Source of the DNA: Chiloscyllium plagiosum
Lineage: Eukaryota
Reading direction: 5' to 3'
Assembly (NCBI RefSeq): GCF_004010195.1
Contig: NC_057756.1
Location: forward strand, 6,876,640 to 6,920,907
Length of the DNA stretch: 44,268 bases
The notes under the pieces were generated by a model. The model searched no databases. It was not told the origin of the DNA and worked only from the letters and a program-made list of their open reading frames with translations. The translations under genes were made by a program, and so were the position numbers. Shown here piece by piece: positions 23,088 to 34,789 of the stretch (position 1 is the stretch's first letter; every line of letters starts with the position of its first letter).

Positions 23088-23365
23088 GGGGAGAAAGTGA
23101 GGAAGGCAGATGCTGGAGAGTCAAGGGTTAGTGCTAGAGAAGGCACAACAGGTCAAGCAGCATCCGAGGAGCAGGAGAGTTAACATTTCGGGCATAAGCC
23201 CTTCATCAGGAATGTGGTGGAGGGGGAGGGATGTGTGTGTAAGGTGTCTCAGGGAAAAGTCGGAGGGTGGGGCTGGGGGGAAAATAGCTGGGAAGGCGAT
23301 AGGTAGATGCAGGTGGGAGCTGACAGTGATAGGTCGGAGGGAAAGGTGGAGCACATAGGTGGGAA
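23088..23365 (-). mobile_element. Penelope-like 3' fragment (family A)
   Basis: Reverse-strand cctgatgaagggcttatgcccgaaatgtt plus a purine-rich (on +) UTR segment. Confidence 0.7.
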
Positions 23366-23669
23366 CACATAACTCATTGATAGCCACTAACAGTCTCCAT
23401 TAACAGCTCTTCACCCTGTTAACTAAATGGCTGTCCACTCCTTGGTCAGTCCAAATGTTCTTTTCTCTCCTTGGGCTTTATCCCCACTCATCATTTACTC
23501 CTTACACCGTCCCTCCAGCCCCCATTCTATCCTCTGCATAAATACCCACATTTTCCGAGCCAACATCAGCTCTGAGGAGGCGTCACTGGACCCTGAAACG
23601 TTAACTATGATTTCTCTTCACAGATGCTGCCACATCTGCTGAGCTTTTCCAGCAACGTCTGCTTTTGAT

Positions 23670-24530
23670 TCTATGAAACAGAGAAGTCGGCTTGGCCGAA
23701 AGCCTTTGTACCACAAGTGCACATCTCGAAACTTCTTCAGCGTGATGAGGGTCTCCGCCTTTCCCACCCTGACAGGCAGTGAGTCCCACATTCCCCACCA
23801 CCCTCCGGGTGAAAATTTTTGTCCTCATATCCCCCCTCTAAACCTCCTACCTCTTACCTTTAATCTATGCCCCCGGTCACTGATCCCTCCAACAAGGTGA
23901 TATGTTTTTCCTGTCTAAGCTCCACATCATTTTATACATCTCAATATCACTTCCTGAGAAAAAGAACAGGAAATAACATCACCACCGGAAACAACGTCAC
24001 CACAGGAAATGACATCACCAACCCAAGGAAAACACATAAATAGAAAGCGGGCCATGCCACTAGTGCTTCATCTGGAGGCTCACTGATGATGTTACCTAGT
24101 ATGGTGGCAAAACATCTGAAAATGAACCTTCCAGCTCAGCGAGCAAACCTACATCCAGAATCTCAACCATGTTCTGCACCTCCTCCTCAGTCTCCTCAGC
24201 TCTAAGGAAAACAACCCCATTCTGTCCAATCTTTCTTCATCACTGAAACTCTCCAGCCCAGGCAATCCCCTGGTAAATCTCCCTCTGCTCCCTCCCCTTT
24301 CCACTGCTATCCCATTTGCTCCTATAATGTGGATTCTAGAATTGAATGCAGTACTCTAGCTGAGACCTAACTGATGTTTTATACAGCTCCCTGCTCGTAA
24401 ACTCTAAGCCTCGTCTAATGAAGGCAAGTATCTCACGTCAGCCTTAGCCATTTGAATCCAACTGTCCTGCTATCTTAAGGTACAAGTACACTACAGTCCC
24501 TCCAATGCTTGGTACATCCAGAGTCCTACT
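23670..24530 (-). mobile_element. Degenerate CR1 fragment containing a family-C Penelope 3' end (~23950-24165, + strand)
   Basis: CR1 remnants; insert ctcactgatgatgttacctagtatggtggcaaaacatctg matches 20581-20650. Confidence 0.65.
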
Positions 24531-24674
24531 ACTCATAGACCAATCAGATTGCTCAGTATGGCCTGGCTTCCCTAGCCCACCAATCAGTGCAATCTGCATG
24601 GGATTGATAGAAGCTGTTCAAAAAAATGCAGAAGAACATTTCAGAGGAGATAAGACAGTGGATAGACACAGATT

Positions 24675-25805
24675 TCATAGAATCCCTACAGCATGGAAAC
24701 AGGCATTTTGGCCCAACAAGTCCATACCAAACCTCCAAAGAGTATCCCACCCAGACCAATTCCCCTACTACTCTACATTTACTCCTGACTAATGCACTGA
24801 ACCCAAACAAGCCTGAACACCTATGGGACAATTTAGCATGGCCAATTCACCCTGACCTACACATCCCTGAACACTATGGGACAATTTAGCATGGACAATT
24901 CACCCTAACCTACACATCCCTGGGCACGCTGGGACAATTTAGCACAGCCAATTCACCCTAACCTGCACATCCCTGGACACTATGGGCCAATTTAGCACAG
25001 CCAATCCACCCGAACCTGCACATCCCTGGCCACTATGGGACAAGTTAGCATGGCCAATCCACCCTAACCTGCACATCCCTGGGCACTCTGGGACAATTTA
25101 GCATGGCCAATCCACCCTAACCTGCACACCCCTGGGCATTCTGGGACAATTTAGCATGGCCATTTCACCCTAACCTGCACATCCCTGGGCACTATGGGAC
25201 AATTTAGCAAGGTTGAAACTTTATTGCTGGAACAGCACAGCAGGTCAGGCAGCATCCAGGGAACAGGAGATTCGACGTTTCGGGCACAGGCCAGGGCCCG
25301 AAACGTCGAATCTCCTGTTCCCTGGATGCTGCCTGACCTGCTGTGCTGTTCCAGCAATAAAGTTTCAACTTTGATCTCCAGCATCTGCAGACCTCACTTT
25401 CTCCTCGACAATTTAGCAAGGCCAATCCACCCTAACCCGCACATCCTTGGGCACTATGGGACAATTTAGCATGGCCAATCCACCGTAACCTTCACATCCC
25501 TAGGCACTATGGGACAATTTAGCACGGCCAATTCACCCTAACCTGCACACCCCCGGGCACTATGGGACAATTTAGCACAGCCAATCCACCCTAACCTGCA
25601 CATCCCTGAACACTATGGGACAATTTAGCATGGCCAATCCACCCTAACCTGCAGATTTGTGGACTGTGGGAGGAAACTGGAGCACCCAGATGATATCCAC
25701 GCAGACACGGGGAGAACACGCAAACTCCACGCAGACAGTCACCCAAGGCTGGGATCGAACCCTGACTAATGCACTGAATCCACTGAGTGCTAACCACTGA
25801 GCCAC
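24675..25805 (-). mobile_element. HE1-like SINE with ~12 tandem 53-bp internal repeats
   Basis: Unit ggacaatttagcatggccaatccaccctaacctgcacatccctgggcactatg recurs at a 53-bp period from ~24826 to ~25650. Confidence 0.9.
25213..25406. mobile_element. Fold-back family-A element inserted in the SINE array
   Basis: 15-bp TSD gacaatttagcaagg (25198-25212, 25407-25421); perfect 74-bp inverted arms at 25212-25285 and 25296-25369. Confidence 0.9.
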
Positions 25806-26234
25806 CAGATTTAGTGCTGGTGAGAGAGATTAGCTGGAAGGGTGTAACCCTCATGTCAGAGTTACCCCAAACCTCCAGGTCTGGAGAAACACATCTTCAC
25901 ATAAAGAGTGGCAGGTATATGGCAACTTTATCCTCAGAAAGTAGTAACTCCATTAATAATCATAGACTCATACAATGCAGAAGAAGGCCTTCAGCTCATC
26001 AATGACAGAAACTGCTTTGTATCTCCAGCAGTCCCACTTTCCAGCACTTTTATGAGAACTCAAAGGACGAAAGACTGAACACTCTTTGCCAGTCCAGTCC
26101 AGTATATGTAAGGAGATGCAGCCAAGACAGATACAGAGTTTAGAGTATATGTTATTCTGAGTGCCATAGAATGAGGAAACTGGCATGTGGCCATGAAGCA
26201 ACCTCCTGTCCCTATCTGAGGGTGTCAGCACATT

Positions 26235-26880
26235 GAGTCATAGAGATGTGCAGCATGAAAACAGACCCTTCGGTCCAACTCTCCCATGCCGACCAGATAT
26301 CCTAAACTCATCCCGTCCCATTTGCCAGCACTTGGCCCATATCCTTCTGAACCCTTCCTATTCATGTACCCATCCATATGCCTATTAAATGCTGTAATTG
26401 TACCAGCCTCCACCACTTCCTCTGGCAGCTCATTTCATACATGCACCACCCTCTGCACGATTATGGTGCCTCTTAGGTCCCTTTTTTATCTTTCCCATCT
26501 CACCCTAAGCCTGTGCCCTCTAGTTCTGGACTCCCAGGGAAAAGACCTTGTTCATTCACCCTGTCCATGCCTGTCATGATTTTATAAACTTCTGTAAGAT
26601 CACATCTCAGCTTCCTACACTCAGGGAAACAGCCCCACCCTATTCAGCCTCTCCCGATAGCTCAAACCCTCCAACCCTGGCAACATACTTGTAATTCCTT
26701 ACTGAACCATTCAAGTTTCACAAGATTCTTCTGATAGGAAGGAGACCAGAATTGAATGCAGGATTCCATAAGTGGCCTAACCAATGTCCTGTACAGCCGC
26801 AACATGACCTCTCAACTCCTGTACTCAATGCACTGACCAATAAAGGCAAGCATACCACACGCCTTCTTCACTACCCTATC
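26235..26880 (-). mobile_element. CR1 LINE 3' fragment
   Basis: VEAGTITAFNRHMDGYMN coding remnant; tail gagtcatagag. Confidence 0.85.
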
Positions 26881-27083
26881 GTTAACATCGACAGATGGAC
26901 ATTTAAATTTATAAGTAACACAGTCATGTAACAAAGCAATCGACAGTAATATTTTTGAGATGGTCAACATGCAAGCATTTTTTTGGAGCGATGTACATTA
27001 CTCAGTATAGATCATTTAAGGATGCTTAAGCCTCATCAAATTGATTAAGTCAATTGATTATGTTCTCCTCTGTCTTGTTGCAG

Positions 27084-27106
27084 TTCTGGACTTTGTTGCT
27101 GAGTAA
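27084..27106 (+). CDS. Probable last coding exon (VLDFVAE*); exon extends to the donor after 27132
   Basis: Strong acceptor tgttctcctctgtcttgttgcag|; phase-1 entry gives TAA at 27104-27106; donor AG|GTGAGT at 27133 (alternative AG|GTGAGA at 27117). Confidence 0.6.
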
Positions 27107-27276
27107 CCCTATCCAGGTGAGACAGTTAATAGGTGAGTATTTGCAGTATATCAAGAGGTAAGACAAGTCTTTAAGTTATGATAACTTGCTGGGGTAATAC
27201 ACTGGAAATCAAGTCCTTTGATTCCTTAAGTTATCACAAACGTTTAAAAAGTTTCCAATTTACTTGTCTCTCACGA

Positions 27277-28690
27277 AGTCATAGAGATGTACAACACGGA
27301 AACAGACCCGTCAGTCCAACTCGTCCATGCCAACCAGATATCCCAATTTAATCTAGTCCCATTTGCCAGCACTAGGCCCTCTAAACCTTTCCTATTTACA
27401 TAACCATCCAGATGCCTTTTAAATGTTGTAATTGAACCAGCCTCCACCACATCCTCTGGCAGCCCATTCCGTACATGGACCACCCTTTGCATGAAAATGT
27501 TGCCCCTTAGGTCTCTTTTATATCTTTCCCCTCTCACCCTATACCTATGTCCTCTAGTGCTGGACTCCCACACACCAGGGAAAAGATATTTACCATATCC
27601 ATGCCCCTCATGATTTTATAAACCTCTACAAGATCACCCCTCAGCCTTTGACACTCCAGCGAAAACAGCCCCAGCCTATTCCACCTCTCCCTATAGGTCA
27701 AATTCTCCAACCCTGGCAACATCCTTATAAATCTTTTCTGAACCCTTTCAAGTTTCAGAACTTCCTTCCAATAGGAAGGAGGCCAGAATTGCACGCACTA
27801 TTCCAAAAGTGGCCTAACCAATGCCCTGTACAGCCGCAACATGATCTCCCAACTCCTGTACTCAATACTCTGACCTATAAAGGAAAGATTACCAAATGCC
27901 TTCTTCACTAACCTATCTGTGACTCCACTTTCAAGGAGCTATGAACCTGCCCTCCAAGGTCTCTTTGGTCAGCAACACTCCCTAGGACTTAGATTAAATG
28001 TCAAAGTCCTGCTAAGATTTGCTTTCCCAAAATACAGCACCTCGCATTTATATAAATTAAACTCCATATGCTACTCCACAGCCTATTGGCCCATAGGATT
28101 TGAACTAGTGACTCTGGAGGAACTGTGATAAGGATGGTCAGGGGCTTGGAGGGGAACTTGGAGACAGTGGTCTTCCCATGTATCGGCTGCCCTTTGTCCT
28201 TCGAGATGGAAGTCGTCATGTGTTTGGAGCCTTAGTCGACTTCTACAGTGCATCTTCGAATCATAAGAGTTGTACAGCACGGTATCAGACCCTTCACTCC
28301 AACTGGTCCATGCCAACCAGATATCCAAAATTAATCTAGTCCCATTTGCCAGCATTTGGCCCATATCCCTCTTAAACCCTTTCCATTCATATATCCATCC
28401 AGATGCCTTTTAAATGTTGTAATTGTATCAACCTCCACCACTTCCTCTAGCAGCTCATTCCATACACGTGCCACCCTCTATGTGAAATAGTCACCCCTCA
28501 GGTCCTTTTTAAATCTTTCTCCTCTCACCTTAAACCTATGCCATCTATTTTTGGACTCCCCTATCCTGGGAAAAAGACCTTGGCTATTCACATTATCCAT
28601 GCTCATGATTTTATAAACCTCGATAAGGTCACCCCTGAACCTCCGACACTCCAGGGAAAATAGCCCGAGCCGATCCAGCCTCTCCCTATT
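27277..28690 (-). mobile_element. Tandem CR1 LINE fragments
   Basis: LERVQKRFIRMLPGLENLTYRERWNRLGLFSLE and NIFMQRVVHVRNGLP; two CR1 tails. Confidence 0.85.
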
Positions 28691-28846
28691 TTATACCAGT
28701 GCATGAGATAACATGTATGTTTTTTTAAAGTTTTCTTTATTTGAGTGCTTGCAGTGCACTGTAACTATCAGGTTGGTGTAACAACAATACAGGACAGTAC
28801 ATTTCATACCAAGCATCACTCCAATTTGTTTCCATTGTGTTTTCAG

Positions 28847-29030
28847 AGGGAAGCTGAGGACTTTACCAATAATGCTCTGCAGCCCAAAGAAGCCAGAAAC
28901 CACAGGAAACCGACAGAAAATGAACAATATTAACTCCCTCCCAGAGGATGTCTTAAAGCATAATTCAGATTTCACTTTATTACAAACTTGTGGGGTCCAC
29001 TTGCTCATTAAAGTTTCATGGAGTTACAGC
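28847..29030 (+). other. Candidate terminal (3'UTR) exon of the Ig gene
   Basis: Acceptor tttccattgtgttttcag| in unique sequence; ATTAAA at 29007-29012. Confidence 0.4.
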
Positions 29031-29129
29031 CACGACCTGTTAATTACGCTGGAATGTCTGTTCGGAAAAGAGTTGGTGCAACCGAGATTTTCCGGGTTCT
29101 TTTCAACTAAATTCACAATTCATTCCCAG

Positions 29130-29345
29130 CGTCAAAGGCGGTGGAAAAGTGCAGCCGGTCATGCAGCATCTGAGGAGCAGGAGAATCAACGTTTCGGGCA
29201 TAAGCCCTTCATCAGGCATGACTCCTGATCGAGGGCTTATACCTGAAATGTCAACTCTCCTGTTCCTTGGACGCTGCCTGACTGGCTGTGCTTTTCCAGC
29301 ACCACAATCTTGACTCTGATCTCCAGTCCTCTCTTTCACCTGATT
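29130..29345. mobile_element. Fold-back family-A element (older, imperfect arms)
   Basis: gtttcgggcataagcccttcatcagg...cctgatcgagggcttatacctgaaat; flanking attcccag duplication. Confidence 0.7.
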
Positions 29346-29389
29346 TATTCCCAGGGCGTGGCACCGTTAGTTGGGCCAGCATAGAGGTT

Positions 29390-29725
29390 CATAGAACCCC
29401 TACAGCATGGAAACGGGCCCTTCAGCCTAACAAGTCCACACCGACCCTCCAAAGAGTATCCCACCCCGAACCAATTCCCATTTCTCGACGTTTACCTCTG
29501 ATGAGTGCACTTAACCTACACATCTCCGAGCACTTTGGGCAATTTAGCATGGCCAATTCACCTAACCTGCACATCTTTGGACTGTGTGAGGAAACCGGAG
29601 CACCCAGAGGAAACCCACACAGGCACAGGAAGAGTGTGCAAACTCCACACAGACAGTTGCCTGAGGCATGAATTGAACCCAGGTCTCTCGCGCTGTGAGG
29701 CAGCAGTGCTAATCACTGTGCCACA
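29390..29725 (-). mobile_element. HE1-like SINE
   Basis: Head, core and tail motifs. Confidence 0.85.
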
Positions 29726-29759
29726 ATGTTTAACAGAACATTGCCTAGTTATGGGGGAT

Positions 29760-30170
29760 TTTAGCTATGATAGACTGGGTTCATTTTCACCGGAACGCAG
29801 GAGCTTGAGGGGTGACCTGATAGAAGTTTATAAGACTGTGGATGTCATGTGGAAACTGTGCGGCTTTTTCCCAGGGCGGAGGGGTCAATTACTAGGGGAC
29901 ACGGGTTTGAGGTGCAGATTGGGGGGGGGGGGGGATGTTTAAAAGAGATGTGTGAGGCAAGTTTTGCAGACAAAGGGTAGTGAGTGCCTGGTGGAGGTGT
30001 TGGAAGCAGCACTCAAGCGACTCCTGGACGACTACATCAATGTGAAGGAAATAGAGGGAGGGATCCTGTCAGTGAAGGCAGTTGTCGTCTGGAGGGGCAA
30101 AACGTGTCAGCACAGGCTTGGAGAGTCAAAGGGCCTGTTCCTGTACTGTACTGGTCTTTGTTCTTCTTTG
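29760..30170 (+). mobile_element. Degenerate CR1 3' fragment
   Basis: FSPERRSLRGDLIEVYK; tail gggcctgttcctgtactgta. Confidence 0.75.
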
Positions 30171-30386
30171 TAAGTGCAGAGATCCTGCGTTCCTACCTAA
30201 CTCCTTGAACTCCCTTTGCAGGACCTCATTTCGCTTTCTGCCTATGACTTTATGAACAACTACTTTGGCTGCGCACCCTCCCAATTCAGAATATCCTGCT
30301 CTGGCTGAGAGACATCCTTCACCCTGGCACCAGGGAGGCAACACACTATCCTGGAGTCTCATTTGCCTCTCTGAGCCCCCACCTTG

Positions 30387-30880
30387 GGGTGGCACAGTGG
30401 TTAGCACTGCTGCCTCACAGCACCAGAGACCTGGGATTGATTCCAACCTCAGGGTGACTGTCTGTGTGGAGTTTGCAAACTCTCCCCATGTCTGTATGGG
30501 TTTCCTCCGGGTGCTCCGGTTTCCTCCCACTCGCCAAAGGTGTGCAGGTCAGGGTGGATTGGCCATGCTAAATTGTCCCATAATGTTCAGGGATGTGCAA
30601 GTTAGGGTGGATTGGCCATGCTAAATTGTCCCATAGTGTCCAGGGATGTGCACATGCTAAATTGTCCCATAGTGTCCAGGGATGTGCAGGTTAGGGTGGA
30701 TTGGTCGTGCTAAATTGACAGTCGTGTTCAGGGACATGCGGGTTAGATGCAATAGTTAGGGATAAATGTATATGCAATAGGAGAGGGGGTTGAGTCTGGG
30801 TGGGTCACTCTTCGGAGGGTCGGTGTGGACTTGTTGGACCAAAGGGCCTGTTTCCACACTGTCGGGGTTCCGTGATGATT
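30387..30880 (+). mobile_element. HE1-like SINE with internal 53-bp repeats
   Basis: Head, core and tail plus 3-4 repeat units. Confidence 0.85.
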
Positions 30881-31629
30881 CTGAGTGTAGAGTCCACTAT
30901 TAGTACTACTCACCTACACTTCACCCCTCCCTGGCATACCACAGTGCCAGTCGTGAGTGTACCACAGTGCCAGTCATGAGTGCCATTGACCAGGTGACTA
31001 TTGCTGCTTTTCCCTGAGTGGCCATTACCTCCGATACTATCCAAAACAGACACTGGTCGGAAACCTCAGTGGGTCTGGCAGCATCTGTGTGGGGTGTTGG
31101 GGGTGGGGGGGAATTGGTGGTGGAGTTGACATTTTGGGTCCAGTGACACTTCTTTAAAATGGGCCCCATGTGCTGGCTGGGCTTTCACCCTATGAATGCT
31201 GTCAGAATTGCTATGTTTTCCCAGCTATTTCTCCTTCAGCTTTGTATTTCCAGCTTTCGCCTCTTGTGAGAGGGGAATGGTCAAAACAGACAGCCTTCCC
31301 TCACTTATCCGTCTTCCTGGTGCTTACTCAACTCTTCGCTAACTGTGTAGCCCTGACTGGTGGTGTGACCCAGCTCAGTCATTGTGCTATCTGTGACATT
31401 CCCAGGTTCCTGGATGCTCCATAGTGAGTCCATCGTAGCTCCAGACGTTCCATGCAGCAAATTAGGGAACTGCAGTCAAGCACAGTTCCTGCATGGAGAC
31501 TGGACGTGTCCCTGATTTCCCACCTATCACAGGAGGAGTGTTCAACAGGGTCAAATTCTCCTGCCATCTCAAACCGTATCAACTAACCCTTCTGTATCAA
31601 CTTCAGGAAATAATCCGGGAACTGGATTA

Positions 31630-31868
31630 GGGTGGCACCGTGGTTAGCACCACTGCCCCCCAGTGCCAGGGACCCAGATTCAATTCCAGCCTAGGGTGAC
31701 TGTGTGGAGTTTGCACAATTCTCCCCATGTCTTCTGTGGTTTCCTACTGCAATCCTAAGGGGTGCAGGCTAGGTGGATTGGCCATGGGGAATGCAGGGTT
31801 ACAGGGATAGGGTGGTGTGGACTCGGTGGGCCGAATGACTTGCTTCCACGTTGTAGGGACTCCATGAG
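31630..31868 (+). mobile_element. HE1-like SINE (divergent)
   Basis: tRNA-like head and core. Confidence 0.75.
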
Positions 31869-31959
31869 TTGAGTAGTCAACCTTACCCGCTGGTCATCAA
31901 ACTCAGGTGCCTCACTCCCCATTCAAATTTGCTTGATGAAGTGTAGCAGGCAGTGAATG

Positions 31960-32880
31960 ACCACAGAAACATTGAAAATAGGAGCAGGGAGAGGCCATTC
32001 AGCCCTTGATCACGATCACGGCTGATTGTCCAACTCAATCGACCAATCCTGCTTTCTCCCCGTAACCCTTGATCCCAAGTGCTATACTGAGCTGCCTCTT
32101 GAATACACTCAATGTTTTGGCATCAACTACTTCCTATGGTAATGAACTCCTGTCTTTGGGTGAAGAAATTACTCATCTCCAATCTAAATGTTCCACCCTG
32201 AATCCTCAGACCATGACCCTCTGTTTCTTGATGCTACCCACCATCAGGAACATCCTCCCTGCATCTATCCCCTGTTTCATAGAACCCCTACAGTGTGAAA
32301 ACAGGCCATTTGGCCAACAGGTCCACACCGACCCTCCGAAGAGTGACCCACTCCCCTACCCTATTACTCTACATTTACCCCTGACTAATGCACCAAACCG
32401 ACACATCCCGGAACACTATAGGACAATTTACCATGGCCAATCCACCCTAACCTACACATCTTCAGGAGGAAAATGGAGCACCCGGAGGAAACCCACACAG
32501 ACAACATGCAAGCTCCACACAGACTGTCACCCGAATCGAACCCAGGTTCTTGTCCCTGTGAGGCAGCAGTGCTAACCACTGAGCCACCGTGTTGCCTGTT
32601 TCAAATTGTATAAGTCCCCTCCATGCGTCTGACCTCCAGCAATAATAATCCTAACTTAGTCAATCTCTTCTCCATCGCCATCCCCGGAATCAGCCTGGTA
32701 AACCTTCGTTCACTTTCTCGAGAGCAAGAGCGTCCTTCCTCAGAACAGGAGACTAAAACTGCATATGACAATCTCAGTGTGGCCTCACCAAGGCTCTGTA
32801 TAACTGCAACATACACCCCTGCTCCTGTACTCGAAACCTCTCGCAATAAAAGCTGACATAAAATTTGCCTTCTTTACCAC
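31960..32880 (-). mobile_element. CR1 fragment interrupted by an HE1-like SINE (32277-32595, -)
   Basis: LQLYRALVRPH and RRFTRLIPGM remnants. Confidence 0.75.
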
Positions 32881-32999
32881 CTGCTGTATGCCCTGTATAC
32901 TTGTACTTTTGGAAAGCATGTGATATGGAGCCACATTGGCTGGTTGGTTCGCAAATTAGAAATGTATGGGATTGATGGGGCCTTGGCAGCATGGATGAA

Positions 33000-33720
33000 A
33001 ATGAGTCGAAGAGTGTGGCGCTGGAAAAGCACAGCCGGTCAGGCAGCATCCGAGGAGCAGGAGAGTCGACGTTTCGGGCATAAGGCCTTCATCAGGAGCA
33101 CGGATGAAAACTTGGCTAAAAGCTAGAAAGAATGTAAAGAGGGGCACTTCCCAAACTGGACTAGGCAGACGCTGGAGGTCAGAGTCAAGATTAGAGTGGT
33201 GCTGGAAAATCACAACACGTCAGGCAGCATCCGAGGGACAGGAAAAATCGATGTTTTGGGCAGAAGCTCTTCATCAGGAATGAGGCTGGGAGCATTCGGG
33301 GTAGAGAGATAAATGGGAGGGGTTGGGACTGGGGGGAAGGTAGTTGAGAGTGCAATAGATGGATGGAGGTGGGGATGAAGGTGATAGATCGGAGAGGAGG
33401 GTGAAGCAGATAGGTGGGAAGGAAGATTGACAGATGGGACAGATCATGAGGGCAGTGCTGAGATGGAAGTTTGGAATTGGGGTAAGGTAGCGGGGAGGGG
33501 AAAAGAGGAAACTGGTGAAGTCCACATTGATGCCATGGGGTTGGAGGATCCCAAGATAGAAGATGAGGCATTCTTCCTCCAGGCGTCGGGTGGTGAGGGA
33601 GTGGTGATGGAGGAGGCCCAGGACCTGCATTTCTTCGGCAGAGTGAGGCGGGGGGGTGGAGTTGAAATGTTCAGCCATGGGGCAGTGGGGTTGGTTGGTG
33701 CGGGTGTCCTGGAGATGTTC
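33000..33720 (-). mobile_element. Penelope-like 3' fragment with duplicated family-A tail
   Basis: ORF 33274..33678 AEHFNS...MQVLGLLH...RRLEEECLIFYLGILQPHGINVDFTSF; hammerhead-like cores at ~33067-33095 and ~33249-33277. Confidence 0.8.
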
Positions 33721-34149
33721 TGTAATGCGCTTCCCAAATTAGAGATGAGTTGAAATTGGTGCTCCGCAGGGATTGGTGTTGGGACCCTGATTTATATCAA
33801 TGAATTGAGATGGGTGTTGAGGGCAGGATCTCTAAATTTGCAGATGATACTAAGCGAGGGAGAAAGGTAAAATGGGAGGATGACACTGAGGGGCATTGAC
33901 AAGTTGGCCCCATGGGCTTATAGCTGGCATCGGGATTGCAGCGAAACATGGCAGAAAAAACATGGAGAGACAATACAAGCTCAATGGTACAACTTTGAGA
34001 AGAGAATAGGAGCAGGGGTTTATTGTATTTTCTCTCTCTATCTCCCCTTCCCTGCTTCTCAAAGTATGTAGGTTGGCTAGTTCAGATGGCTAGAGCATGG
34101 TGTCACACTCAGGTCATGTGTTCAATCCCCCACTGACCAGGTACGTGAT

Positions 34150-34513
34150 TGGGTAGTGGCTCAGTGGTTAGCACTGCTGCCTCACAACATCAGGGATCCG
34201 GGCTCAATTCCCACCTTGGGCAACTGTCTGTGTAGATTTTGCACATCCTCCCAGTGTCTCTGCGGGTTTCATCTGGATGCTCTGGTTTCCTCCCACAATC
34301 CAAAGTTGTGTAGGTTAGGATTGATTGGCCATGCAAAATTGTCCCATAGTGTCCAGGAATGTGCAGGTTAGGGTGGATTGGCCATGGGAAATTGTCCCAT
34401 ATTGTCCCATAGTGTCCAGGGATGTGCAGGTTAGGATGGATTGGCCATGCTAAATTGTCCCATAGTGTGCAGGTGCATTAGTCAGTGGTAAATATAGAAT
34501 AGGGGATTGGGTC
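34150..34513 (+). mobile_element. HE1-like SINE, 5' part (3' tail resumes at 38243-38326 after the LTR element)
   Basis: Breaks at ...aggggattgggtc and resumes ggtctacgtgggttactcttcagagggtcggtgtggac...gtaaggaatctaatct. Confidence 0.85.
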
Positions 34514-34789
34514 TGAGATCATGTATCGGGTATAAGCAGGCAGGGAAAGAGTTAAGTTCTGAGTTTTGTGAAGCAAGGGATTCAGCTGAGCATGACTCAG
34601 ATCAGATAAGAACTTACAGTTAACAATAGGGTGTTGGAGGCAAGGGTAATGGGTTAACAAGGTGGAAAAGCAGTCACTATGTTTAACAATATTGGAAGCA
34701 TTCAGTATGCAAGGACAGCTAACAATGGGAAAACGATCCACCGTATGAATCCAGTTAACAATGTTAAGAGCATTCATTGTAGAACAGTA

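Noticed and set aside
24826..25650. Regular repeat array resembling a CRISPR
   Set aside because: Head-to-tail 53-bp units without unique spacers, inside a SINE in a vertebrate intron; no cas genes.
26092..26107. Possible 15-nt micro-exon (ctttgccag|tccagtccagtatat|gtaagg)
   Set aside because: Weak signals and no independent support; it cannot be distinguished from chance.
30937..30982. 23-bp direct repeat x2
   Set aside because: Simple slippage duplication with no further structure.
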